From Oscillospiraceae bacterium (lineage in GTDB: Bacteria > Bacillota > Clostridia > Oscillospirales > UBA644), in NCBI GenBank assembly GCA_015067385.1, contig SVMP01000001.1, positions 1 to 58,912 on the forward strand: a stretch of DNA of 58,912 nucleotides, in the 5' to 3' direction. Made by a program: the position numbers and the translations under genes. Every line of letters begins with the position of its first letter. The stretch's first letter is position 1. The notes under the pieces were generated by a model, which had not been told where the DNA came from, ran no database searches, and was given only the letters and a program-made list of their open reading frames with translations. This document shows, in pieces, positions 9,132 through 17,955 of the stretch.

Positions 9132-10169
9132 ATGTATAAATACCTTATCGGCACTAACGAACAGAACATCGAATTTAAGCCCAGAACATATGTTTGCAAC
9201 CGTGCTGTCCTTCCTCCGCAGATCGACGGCCGTCTCGACAAGCCTTTCTGGGACGCTGCTGAATGGAGCGAGGAATTCGAGGATATCGAATGGAACTCCG
9301 TTCGTCCCGCACCGTATCACAAAACTCAGATGAAAATGCTTTGGGATGATGAAGCCCTCTATATCGGCGCTTATCTTTGGGAAGATAAGATCTGGGGTAC
9401 TCTTACCGAACGTGACTGCGTTATTTTCAACGATAACGACTTCGAAGTTTTCATCGATCCCGATGGCGATACCCACAAATATTTTGAATTTGAAATGAAC
9501 GCTCTCAACACCGTTTGGGACCTTCTTCTCGTTAAACCCTACAGAGATGAAAACATGACCGTGTTCAACAGCCTCGATATCCAGGGCCTCGAAACCGCTG
9601 TTCATATCGACGGTGTTATCAACGATCCCTCAAAGATGTCCGAAAACAAAGGCTGGTCCGTTGAGATCAAGATGCCTTGGAAAACTCTTATCGAAGGCGC
9701 AAAATCTCAGAAGCCCGTTCCCGGCGCTTACTGGAGAATCGACTTTTCACGTGTTGAATGGCGTACAGAAGTAAGAGACGGCAAATATGCTAAAGTTATC
9801 AATCCCGAAACAGGCATCCGTTATCCCGAAGATAACTGGATCTGGTCTCCCATTGGCCGTGTTGATATGCATATGCCCGAACTCTGGGGCTTCCTCTATT
9901 TCCAGGATGAAGCTAAAACTCAGCCCGAATTCAAGATCCCCGAAAACGAATATCTCAAATGGGAACTCCGTAAGCTCTACTATATGCAGAGAAACTACTT
10001 CAAACAGCACGGTTGCTACTGCAAAGATATGAAAGAGCTTTGCGGCGACGAAACTCCCGCTATCGATCCCGTTATCGAAACTACCTCCAATACCTACGAG
10101 GCTCATATTCCCGCAGTAGGCGGCGGTAATATTTACATCCGTCACGACGGTCTTGTTTGCATTAAATAA
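9132..10169 (+). CDS. carbohydrate-binding family 9-like (CBM9/DOMON-like) protein
   Basis: 345 aa. DGRLDKPFWD..EW...F.DI, MLWDDEALYIGAYL and DNDFEVFIDPDGDTH.YFEFE.NALNTVWDLL match the CBM9-like fold family. No signal peptide. Confidence 0.65.
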   Translation: MYKYLIGTNEQNIEFKPRTYVCNRAVLPPQIDGRLDKPFWDAAEWSEEFEDIEWNSVRPAPYHKTQMKMLWDDEALYIGAYLWEDKIWGTLTERDCVIFNDNDFEVFIDPDGDTHKYFEFEMNALNTVWDLLLVKPYRDENMTVFNSLDIQGLETAVHIDGVINDPSKMSENKGWSVEIKMPWKTLIEGAKSQKPVPGAYWRIDFSRVEWRTEVRDGKYAKVINPETGIRYPEDNWIWSPIGRVDMHMPELWGFLYFQDEAKTQPEFKIPENEYLKWELRKLYYMQRNYFKQHGCYCKDMKELCGDETPAIDPVIETTSNTYEAHIPAVGGGNIYIRHDGLVCIK

Positions 10170-10212
10170 TTAATAAATAATAAAAAAATTTTTTATGGAT
10201 GGTGATTTAAAG

Positions 10213-12786
10213 ATGATTACCTTTACCGATGAACAAAAGGCTCGCATTGATGCCGATTATAAAATTGCCGAAGAACTTGCGGCAGGCAGAAGATATGATA
10301 TCTGCAACGATCTCGGAAGATGTATAAACGAAACAGAGGAATACTGCTTTAAATTCCTCGTTGCTTATCTTCCCATGACCGACCTTACAAACTGGTCAGG
10401 TGAACTTTTCTATAATCATGTTCACACCTGTCTTGAAAACCTTGCCCTCGTTCCTTGGGCAGACGGTATTGACACCGAAACATTCCTCAACTTCGTACTT
10501 ATGATGCGTGTTAACAACGAAAACCTCGAACATTACAACGCTATCATCTTCAACGAAGTATGGCCCAGAATCAAAGACCTCAGCATGGGCGACGCAGCTC
10601 TTGAAGTAAACCTCTGGTGCTTCGAAAAAGCTACGTATTCCTCTACCGATATGAGAACCGTTTCTCCTCTTACAATGATGAGAAACACCAACGGCAGATG
10701 CGGCGAAGAATCCACATTCCTCACCTCCGCACTCCGTGCTTGCTGCATCCCTGCAAGACAGTGCTATACTCCCCGTTGGGCTGCTTCCGAAAGTAACCAC
10801 GCTTGGGTAGAAGTTCTTGTTGACGGTAAATGGTGCTATATCGGCGCCTGCGAACCCGATGCTTTCCTTAACAGCGGCTGGTTCCGTATGCCTGCGTCCA
10901 GAGCAATGCTTACCAATACAAGAGTTTTCTCCGGATTCCTTCCCAAAAACTCACGTTTTGTTCAGACAACCACCAAGATCAAAGAGCTTAATACTCTTGA
11001 TATCTATGCAAAAACACGTGACATTACCTGCACAGTCGTTGAAAACGGCGCTCCGAAAAAAGATGTTCGCGTAGAAATGGCTCTCATCAACTTCGGTTCT
11101 CTTTACGATTTCTCCGACAGTCTTACCGATGAAGCAGGTAAAGTTTATTTCACTACCGGTTACGGCGATCTCTTTATTACCGCAACTATGGACGATAAAG
11201 TTCTCTACGGTAAGATCGACGTTCGTGAAACCGATAACGTAACTCTCGATTGGGCTAACGCTACTTACTTTGACGGTCTCCCCGCAGAATTCGATTTCGA
11301 TCTTATTCCTCCCGCACCGTCCGAACTTGCAGATCTCGAACGTCCCGCAAATGCCGAAGAGATCGTAAAAGCTTTCCAGGTACGTCAGAAAGCAGCAGAA
11401 CAGATCAGAATCAACTACAAAAATACTTTCTTCAACGAAAACAGCGATCACGAACTTCTTCATAAATATCCCGAATATGCCGCTGACATCAAGCAGTTCC
11501 TTATCGATGCTCAGGGTAACTCCGAAAAGATCATCGCATTTATCGATGATCCGAAGAATATCGCAGATAAATGCGCATTCCTCAAGACTCTCAGCCGTAA
11601 GGACTTCGGTGACTGTGACAACATAATCCTCGAAAAGCATTTTGCTCATCAGATGAAATATGCGGAAGCTTTTGCCGATAACAGACTTACGTTCGAACGT
11701 CATCTTCTCGCTATCCGTATCGCAAACGAATGGCTTTCCGACTACACCGCAGCTATCGAAGCATTCTTCAGCGATGAACAGAAAAAGGCATTTATCGATA
11801 ACCCCGCAACCGTTCATACCTACGTTGAAAATGAGATCAGCGTCAGCGTAACCTGCGACTACGACACTCTCGTTGCTCTCCCCTATAATCTTCTTCTTAC
11901 AAAACGCGGTTCTCAGTTCTCCAAAGCCGTTCTCGAAACCGCTATCTGCCGAAGCCTCGGTATCCCTGCAAGAACATCTTACACCGGCGAAGTAGAATAC
12001 TGGAAAGACGGCGAATGGTTCTCCATGAGAGGCGTTGCTCTCAGCGCTGAACGTTCCGCAACCCTCGTTCCCACTTTTGTCGGCACCGAAGAAGCGTACA
12101 AGAACGCTCATCTCGAACGCTATGAAAACGGCGTATTCACTCCCGTTCCCATGTTCCGCCGCAGAAGAACCGAAACAGAACAGCTTCCCGATGAAGGTAT
12201 CGCTCTCGTTCCCGGTAATTACCGTCTTATGACCAACTTCCGTATCAAGAACGGCGGTATTCAGGCTAAAATGTATCACTTCTCCCTCAAAGCAGGCGAT
12301 AAGTACGTTGCAGAGTTTGAAGTAAGAGGAACAGAACCTGTTTCTAAGGACGAAGCAAAAACCGTTTACGATGCGGCTGTCCTCGATAAAGAGGGTAAAG
12401 AATATAAGCTTTCTTCTCTCGTTAAAGAAGATGTTACAGTATTCGCATGGCTCGGCGTTCGTGAAGAACCCACAGAACATCTCTTCAATGAAATGCTTTC
12501 TGTTACCGACGCTTACAAGCCCTTCGCTTCCAACATCTACTTTATGATCAAAGAAGACGGCGACCTTACTCACGTAACCCTTAAAAAGCTTCTTGACCGT
12601 CTGCCCGAGATCAATATCATGTACTTCAAGAACATTCCCGATGAGGTCTATGCTTCTCTCGGTACCAAAGATAAGCGTCTCCCCCTTGCAATTGCAGTTA
12701 ACAAAGAGCTTAAGGTTTCTGTTATTTCTACCGGTTATAACATCGGCAGCGCAGAACAGCTCCTCAAAGCCCTCGAAAATAAATAA
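10213..12786 (+). CDS. transglutaminase-like domain protein (large, cytoplasmic)
   Basis: Cys-His-Asp core recognisable: GRCGEESTFLTSALRACCIPAR...NHAWVEVLVDGKWCYIGACEPD. The ATG at 10213 has a better RBS (GGTGAT) than the one at 10195. Confidence 0.8.
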   Translation: MITFTDEQKARIDADYKIAEELAAGRRYDICNDLGRCINETEEYCFKFLVAYLPMTDLTNWSGELFYNHVHTCLENLALVPWADGIDTETFLNFVLMMRVNNENLEHYNAIIFNEVWPRIKDLSMGDAALEVNLWCFEKATYSSTDMRTVSPLTMMRNTNGRCGEESTFLTSALRACCIPARQCYTPRWAASESNHAWVEVLVDGKWCYIGACEPDAFLNSGWFRMPASRAMLTNTRVFSGFLPKNSRFVQTTTKIKELNTLDIYAKTRDITCTVVENGAPKKDVRVEMALINFGSLYDFSDSLTDEAGKVYFTTGYGDLFITATMDDKVLYGKIDVRETDNVTLDWANATYFDGLPAEFDFDLIPPAPSELADLERPANAEEIVKAFQVRQKAAEQIRINYKNTFFNENSDHELLHKYPEYAADIKQFLIDAQGNSEKIIAFIDDPKNIADKCAFLKTLSRKDFGDCDNIILEKHFAHQMKYAEAFADNRLTFERHLLAIRIANEWLSDYTAAIEAFFSDEQKKAFIDNPATVHTYVENEISVSVTCDYDTLVALPYNLLLTKRGSQFSKAVLETAICRSLGIPARTSYTGEVEYWKDGEWFSMRGVALSAERSATLVPTFVGTEEAYKNAHLERYENGVFTPVPMFRRRRTETEQLPDEGIALVPGNYRLMTNFRIKNGGIQAKMYHFSLKAGDKYVAEFEVRGTEPVSKDEAKTVYDAAVLDKEGKEYKLSSLVKEDVTVFAWLGVREEPTEHLFNEMLSVTDAYKPFASNIYFMIKEDGDLTHVTLKKLLDRLPEINIMYFKNIPDEVYASLGTKDKRLPLAIAVNKELKVSVISTGYNIGSAEQLLKALENK

Positions 12787-12818
12787 TTATTGTTAAAATA
12801 ACATAGGAGGTATTGATT

Positions 12819-13460
12819 ATGGCGGAAAAATTCTCTATCACGATTGCCCGTCAGTGCGGAAGCCACGGCCGCTCCGTTGCAAAGAAAATAGCGGAAAAAC
12901 TTGGCATTGATTATTATGATAAAGAGCTTATTTCCCTTGCCTCAAAAAAGAGCGGAATAAACGAAAAGGTTTTTGAAAATTTCGATGAGAAACCCACAAA
13001 CAGCCTTCTCTATTCCCTTGCCATGGGCGCATATGCCATGGACGGTCAGTATGTTTACTGGGGTGATTCCGCTGTACCGCTCTCCGATAAGGTCTATAAT
13101 ATCCAGTCCGATCTTATCCGCAGTCTTGCCGCTGAAAAATCATGTGTTTTCCTCGGCCGCTGTGCAGACTATGCGTTGAGAGACGACCCTCGCAGCCTTC
13201 ATGTTCTCGTTACTGATCTTCTTCCCACCCGTGTTGCTAATTACATGGCTGAAAACAATGTTATCGATGCAAAAAAAGCAGAAGATGCTGTTTTGAAGAT
13301 CGATAAAAAGCGTGCAAACTATTACAGTTTCCACACCAACAGATCATGGTCTTCCGCTGACAGCTTCGATCTCTGTGTTCGCACAAGCGTTCTCGGTATC
13401 GACGGAACAGCTGATATGATCATCGCTTATGCTGAGAAGAAATTCGGCAAACTTAACTGA
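12819..13460 (+). CDS. cytidylate kinase-like family protein
   Basis: ITIARQCGSHGRSVAKKIAEKLGIDYYDKELI is the typical N-terminus of the cytidylate-kinase-like (non-Cmk) family. ATG at 12819 lies 8 nt after AGGAGG. Confidence 0.8.
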   Translation: MAEKFSITIARQCGSHGRSVAKKIAEKLGIDYYDKELISLASKKSGINEKVFENFDEKPTNSLLYSLAMGAYAMDGQYVYWGDSAVPLSDKVYNIQSDLIRSLAAEKSCVFLGRCADYALRDDPRSLHVLVTDLLPTRVANYMAENNVIDAKKAEDAVLKIDKKRANYYSFHTNRSWSSADSFDLCVRTSVLGIDGTADMIIAYAEKKFGKLN

Positions 13461-13475
13461 TAAAAGCATAAAATT

Positions 13476-13510
13476 AAGACTGTACGGTTTTTCCGTACAG
13501 TCTTCTTTTT
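13476..13510. terminator. bidirectional rho-independent terminator
   Basis: 12-bp stem AAGACTGTACGG / CCGTACAGTCTT with TTTTT loop, flanked by an A-run and a T-run. Lies between convergent genes. Confidence 0.7.
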
Positions 13511-13512
13511 GT

Positions 13513-14265
13513 TTAACCCAATAAAACATCTGTTATAAGCATTATGCAAAATCCGACGAGAAGCGCATATGTCGCTCCTCTTTCATTTCCGTGAGCATGA
13601 GTTTCGGGGATCATTTCATCGCTTATAACATACAGCATCGTGCCGCCGGCAAATGCGAGCGCAAACGGAAGTATTGCCGAGGATATCGTAACCGCAAAAT
13701 AGCCGATCAATGTTCCAACAACTTCAACAACACCCGTGAGCATTGCAATTATAAAGGTTTTTGACGGCTTAACGCCTGCCGCGATCATCGGGCCTATTAT
13801 GACCATGCCTTCCGGAATGTTCTGCAATGCGATACCGCCTGCTATGATCAACGCCTGAGATGTGTCTCCCGAACCGAAGCCTACGCCTGCCGCAATACCT
13901 TCGGGCAGGTTATGTATTGCGATCGCCATAACAAAAAGCAATACCTTGCTAAGATTCGAGCTTTTGTGATCCTCAATATCCGCACCGACGATCTTATGCA
14001 GATGAGGCACGATCTTGTCGATAACGTTCAAACAAAGCGCACCTGCAAATATTCCCGCTACCGTTATCAGTAAGCCGAACTTTCCGCCGTAGTCAAGAGA
14101 GGGGAGAATAAGCCCCAAAACCGCCGCGGCAAGCATAACTCCTGCCGCAAAAGACAAAACTATATCGGAAAAAGTGTGCGATATTTTCTTGAAAATAAAG
14201 CCGATGACCGCGCCGATGACCGTCGCACCGCCTACGCCGAGGGCTGTCAATAATACCATTTCCAT
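13513..14265 (-). CDS. ZIP family metal (zinc/iron) transporter
   Basis: 250-aa polytopic protein with HNLPEGIA and QNIPEGM motifs typical of ZupT/ZIP transporters. Confidence 0.88.
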   Translation of the reverse strand: MEMVLLTALGVGGATVIGAVIGFIFKKISHTFSDIVLSFAAGVMLAAAVLGLILPSLDYGGKFGLLITVAGIFAGALCLNVIDKIVPHLHKIVGADIEDHKSSNLSKVLLFVMAIAIHNLPEGIAAGVGFGSGDTSQALIIAGGIALQNIPEGMVIIGPMIAAGVKPSKTFIIAMLTGVVEVVGTLIGYFAVTISSAILPFALAFAGGTMLYVISDEMIPETHAHGNERGATYALLVGFCIMLITDVLLG

Positions 14266-14338
14266 ATTTTCGGAAACCTTTCGTTTTTACATCTTTTAAA
14301 TGAGCTGCCCCCTGAAATTTAGGGAACAGCTCCTTTTT

Positions 14339-14539
14339 TTATTTGGACATCATTATCTCGGAAATAATATCGAGAACTTTCTGATGGCATCCGCCGCAGC
14401 CCGTGGAGCAGTGCGTAACCTTCTGAACATCCTCAAATGCTTCGAGAACGTCTGTGAATTTTTTGTTTACATGAAGAGCATCTTCAATATCTGCATAGCT
14501 TACCTTCTTGCAGTTGCATACCATATAATTTTCCTTCAT
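14339..14539 (-). CDS. BFD-like (2Fe-2S)-binding domain protein
   Basis: 66 aa with C.C...........C..GCGGC cysteine pattern (VCNCKKV...CSTGCGGCH) of bacterioferritin-associated-ferredoxin-like domains. Confidence 0.8.
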   Translation of the reverse strand: MKENYMVCNCKKVSYADIEDALHVNKKFTDVLEAFEDVQKVTHCSTGCGGCHQKVLDIISEIMMSK

Positions 14540-14555
14540 CGTGATCAGCCTGCCT

Positions 14556-14717
14556 TTATTCTTTTTCGCTGAAATCGTCTTTACCTACACCGCAAAGGGG
14601 ACATTCAAAATCTTCGGGAAGATCTTCGAATTTAGTGCCGGGAGCAATACCGTTGTCGGGATCGCCCACTGCTTCATCATATTCCCAGCCGCATACATCA
14701 CATACATATTTTTTCAT
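14556..14717 (-). CDS. rubredoxin (53 aa; below the ORF-track length cutoff)
   Basis: Hand translation of the reverse strand: [53 protein letters not shown]. Two CxxCG knuckles, a GGAGGT RBS 8 nt upstream, and a TAA stop at 14558-14556. Confidence 0.9.
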   Translation of the reverse strand: MKKYVCDVCGWEYDEAVGDPDNGIAPGTKFEDLPEDFECPLCGVGKDDFSEKE

Positions 14718-14753
14718 TTTAATTTACCTCCGTAATTGTTGTTTATTTTTTTT

Positions 14754-15266
14754 TTAAAGTACGAGTGACGGGGGATTGTATATCCTTGCCGCAAGTTCCT
14801 GGTTTAACATATAAAGGCTCTTCGGATCTGAACCGAAAAGATCCATTTTGGAAATAAGATCGTTTGCGTTTGTTTCTTCTTCGCCCTGTTCCTTAACGAA
14901 CCAGTCAAGGAACTGCATTGTTCGGAAGTCTCTGACATCGTATGCAGCACCGTAAATATCGTTGATAAGAGAGGTTACGTACTGCTCATGTTCGAGGCCT
15001 GCCTTAAGAACATCCATGTGACATGTGAATTCTTTATCGGGCTTTGCAATAGCTTCAAGCGTTACAGGCATATTTTCGTTCTGAAGATATGTGTAAAAAA
15101 GCATCGCATGATCTCTTTCTTCCTGCGCCTGGATCATATACCAGTTTGCGAAACCGTCAAGACCCTGCGCTTTGAAATAATTGGAAAAATCAAGATAAAG
15201 ATAAGCAGAATAAAATTCTTTGTTTATCTGTTGATTTAAAAGCTCGTGTACCTTTGTATTTAACAT
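14754..15266 (-). CDS. ftnA: non-haem bacterial ferritin
   Basis: 170 aa. LNQQINKEFYSAYLYL....F, EERDHA and QYV ferroxidase-centre context are typical of Ftn. Confidence 0.9.
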   Translation of the reverse strand: MLNTKVHELLNQQINKEFYSAYLYLDFSNYFKAQGLDGFANWYMIQAQEERDHAMLFYTYLQNENMPVTLEAIAKPDKEFTCHMDVLKAGLEHEQYVTSLINDIYGAAYDVRDFRTMQFLDWFVKEQGEEETNANDLISKMDLFGSDPKSLYMLNQELAARIYNPPSLVL

Positions 15267-15290
15267 TGTTCTGTTTCCTCCTGAATGATT

Positions 15291-17081
15291 TTATTTTATT
15301 TCTTCAAAATCGGATGCGCCGTGCTTGCACAGCGGACAGATATAATCGGACGGGAGAACGTCTCCTTCGTAAACATATCCGCATATCTTGCAGACATAAC
15401 CCTTCTTGCCGTCTGTTTCGGGCTTGGGTTTAACATTTGCCTGATAATAATTGTAGGTCATTGTCTCTTTATCGGAAATAACTCTCGCTTCCGTAACGGA
15501 ACAGATAAACATTCCGTGGGTGTCAAGGTCGATATACTGCTCAACCTTAAGAGACATAAACGAATTTATATATCTCGGCAGGAAGATAAGACCGTTGTCT
15601 GAACGGAGAGGCGTGCAATCTGCAAATTTATCGACATTTCTTCCGCTTACAAAACCGAATTTTTCAAAAACCGTGAACGGTGCGTCTACCGTTAAACAGT
15701 TGATGTTCATTTTGCCTGTCTGTTTGATTATATGATGAGAATAGTTCTCTTTATTTATCGTAACAGCCAATCTGTTGGGCGTGTTCGTTACCTGTGTTAC
15801 TGTGTTTACGATAAGGCCGTTATCTTTTTTGCCGTCGTTTGATGTTACAACATAAAGTCCGTAGCCGATGTTGAAAAGCGCCGTAAGATCGTTTTTGTTT
15901 GCGGTCGCATCCTGTCTTGCAAGATATTCCTTGCAAAGCTCACCCGAAAGCTCGTCAAGCTGCTTTGAACTTTCATCGTTGAGCGCGGAAAGGATCTTAA
16001 CGGTCGTTTCGGTAAAGGTAATGTTTTTACACGGCTCAAGCATTTCTTTCATAACCTTTGCCGCAAGAGGCGCCCAGCTTCCGTTTTCAATAAGAGCAAC
16101 TGTTCTGTTTCTGAAATTACGGGCTGTGAGATGTTCGATAAATTCTCTCATGAACGGGAAAATATCGGCGTTATATGTCGTTGTCGCAAGCACAAGCTTG
16201 TTAAAACGGAATGCGTCTGCCACAGCTTTCGCCATATCGCATCTTGCAAGGTCGTAGACAGCAACTTTCGGACATCCGTTTGCAGTAAACTTTTCCGCAA
16301 GCTTTGTAACAGCCTTCTTGGTGTTTCCGTAAACAGATGTGTATGCTATAACAATGCCTTCTTCTTCGGGCTGATAGCTTGACCATGTGTTGTAAAGATT
16401 GATATAATAACCGAGGTTCTCTTTAAGAACGGGACCGTGAAGCGGGCATATCGTCTGAATATCAAGGGTTGCGGCTTTTTTGAGCAGAGCCTGGACCTGT
16501 GCACCGTATTTGCCTACAATGCCGATAAAATATCTTCTCGCTTCGTCTGCCCACGGTTCGTCTGTGTCGGGTGTTCCGAATTTGCCGAAGCCGTCTGCGG
16601 AGAAAAGAACTTTTTCGGTGCTGTCGTACGTTACGATAACTTCGGGCCAGTGTACCATCGGCGCCGTAACAAAAACAAGCTCATGCTTGCCGAGGCTCAG
16701 AGTGCTCATTTCGCCGACAACGATCTGTCTGTCTTCAAAATCCGTGCCGAAGAAATTTTTCATCATCGCAAACGCTTTTGCAGAAGAAACGATCTTCGCA
16801 TCCGGATATGCTTTCATGAAATTGAAGATGTTTGCGGAGTGGTCGGGCTCCATGTGCTGAACGATAAGATAATCGGGATCTCTTCCGTCAAGAGTGTTCT
16901 GTATATTATCGAGCCATTCGTGTGTGAAGGCTGCGTCAACGGTATCCATTATTGCGATCTTTTCGTCGATGATCGCGTAAGAGTTGTATGAAATACCGTT
17001 CGGAACAACATACTGTCCTTCAAATAGATCAACTTTTTTATCGTTTACACCTATATATTTGATATCGTTTGTTATTTTCAT
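15291..17081 (-). CDS. multidomain flavodiiron protein (metallo-beta-lactamase-like diiron + flavodoxin + flavin-reductase-like + C-terminal rubredoxin)
   Basis: 596 aa. Has an FprA-type N-terminus (YIGVND..VDLFEGQY.VPNGISYNSY, HMEPDHS), a flavodoxin-like middle part and a flavin-reductase-like segment. Ends with YVCKICGYVYEG....DYICPLCKHG. Confidence 0.88.
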   Translation of the reverse strand: MKITNDIKYIGVNDKKVDLFEGQYVVPNGISYNSYAIIDEKIAIMDTVDAAFTHEWLDNIQNTLDGRDPDYLIVQHMEPDHSANIFNFMKAYPDAKIVSSAKAFAMMKNFFGTDFEDRQIVVGEMSTLSLGKHELVFVTAPMVHWPEVIVTYDSTEKVLFSADGFGKFGTPDTDEPWADEARRYFIGIVGKYGAQVQALLKKAATLDIQTICPLHGPVLKENLGYYINLYNTWSSYQPEEEGIVIAYTSVYGNTKKAVTKLAEKFTANGCPKVAVYDLARCDMAKAVADAFRFNKLVLATTTYNADIFPFMREFIEHLTARNFRNRTVALIENGSWAPLAAKVMKEMLEPCKNITFTETTVKILSALNDESSKQLDELSGELCKEYLARQDATANKNDLTALFNIGYGLYVVTSNDGKKDNGLIVNTVTQVTNTPNRLAVTINKENYSHHIIKQTGKMNINCLTVDAPFTVFEKFGFVSGRNVDKFADCTPLRSDNGLIFLPRYINSFMSLKVEQYIDLDTHGMFICSVTEARVISDKETMTYNYYQANVKPKPETDGKKGYVCKICGYVYEGDVLPSDYICPLCKHGASDFEEIK

Positions 17082-17113
17082 ATGCTTTCTTTCCTTTTAT
17101 TTGCTGTACCCTT

Positions 17114-17142
17114 ATTATACCACATTTTTTTAAAAACTTCAA
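17114..17142 (-). promoter_or_regulatory. putative sigma-A promoter for the flavodiiron-ferritin-rubredoxin operon
   Basis: On the minus strand: TTGAAG (17142-17137), 17 nt, TATAAT (17119-17114) with TGG just upstream (extended -10). Confidence 0.5.
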
Positions 17143-17158
17143 GACTTATTTAATTTTT

Positions 17159-17857
17159 TTATTCAATGATTTTTCCGTCTGTCGAGATCGTTATTACCTG
17201 CCACGGAATAAATTTTCCGCTTGCCATCAATGCTCTCTTTACCGCATTTTCAATACCGCCGCAGCACGGAACCTCCATTCTCACGACTTTTACGCTCTTT
17301 ATATTGTTCTTCGCAATTATCTGCGTGAGCTTTTCGGTATAATCACCTTCGTCAAGCTTGGGACATCCTATGAGCGTTATATGGTTTCTGATGAATTCAT
17401 TGTGAAAGTTTCCGTATGCGTAAGCCGTACAGTCCGCTGCTATCAGAAGATTTGCGTCCTCAAAATACGGTGCATTTACGGGAACAAGCTTTATCTGGCA
17501 CGGCCACTGTGAAAGCTGACTCGTTACGGATGCTGTTTTTGCCGCAGGAACGGCGCAGTCTCTTTTGATCGATTTCGATTGTGTTCCGGGACAGCCGCAG
17601 GGAAGTTTTTCACTCATTTTCTTTACCTTCGCTTTCTTAACAGCCTCTTCGTTGTATTCGGGCGCTTCACGTTCTTCAAAGCTTATTGCATCTGTCGGGC
17701 AGGCGGGTAAACAGTCTCCCAGTCCGTCGCAATAATCTTCTCTTGTTAATTTAGCCTTGCCGTTTACCATCTCTATTGCGCCTTCGTGACATGCCGCAGC
17801 ACATGCGCCGCAGCCGTTGCACTTTTCTTCATCTATCTTTATTATTTTTCTTATCAT
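17159..17857 (-). CDS. 4Fe-4S dicluster domain protein
   Basis: The N-terminus has two ferredoxin-type motifs, CNGCGACAAAC and CDGLGDCLPACP. The C-terminal cysteine-containing domain is of unknown role. Confidence 0.8.
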   Translation of the reverse strand: MIRKIIKIDEEKCNGCGACAAACHEGAIEMVNGKAKLTREDYCDGLGDCLPACPTDAISFEEREAPEYNEEAVKKAKVKKMSEKLPCGCPGTQSKSIKRDCAVPAAKTASVTSQLSQWPCQIKLVPVNAPYFEDANLLIAADCTAYAYGNFHNEFIRNHITLIGCPKLDEGDYTEKLTQIIAKNNIKSVKVVRMEVPCCGGIENAVKRALMASGKFIPWQVITISTDGKIIE

Positions 17858-17927
17858 TTTTCTAACCTCACTTACTTTGGGGCTTGATTTTATGGTTATA
17901 TTATAGTATAATTAAAATAAAAAGTAT

Positions 17928-17941
17928 GTTGAATTTTCAAC
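17928..17941. promoter_or_regulatory. perfect 14-bp palindrome resembling a Crp/Fnr-family site
   Basis: GTTGAATTTTCAAC is a perfect palindrome containing TTGA-N4-TCAA. Lies in the divergent intergenic region between the 4Fe-4S gene and the Crp/Fnr regulator. Confidence 0.4.
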
Positions 17942-17955
17942 AAAAGGAGTATCCG

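Noticed and set aside
10951-12573. 540-aa ORF on the minus strand
   Set aside because: It is entirely antisense to the well-supported transglutaminase-like gene. It has no RBS and a low-complexity, Cys/Phe-rich composition typical of shadow frames.
14301-14335. Imperfect inverted repeat GAGCTGCCCC..GGGAACAGCTC between the BFD-like gene and the ZIP transporter, considered as a terminator
   Set aside because: The stem is interrupted and there is no U-tract on the minus strand (the T-run is on the wrong side). It is not reported as a feature.
16437-16991. 184-aa plus-strand ORF, plus the overlapping ORF at 16480-16860
   Set aside because: They are antisense to the flavodiiron protein gene.
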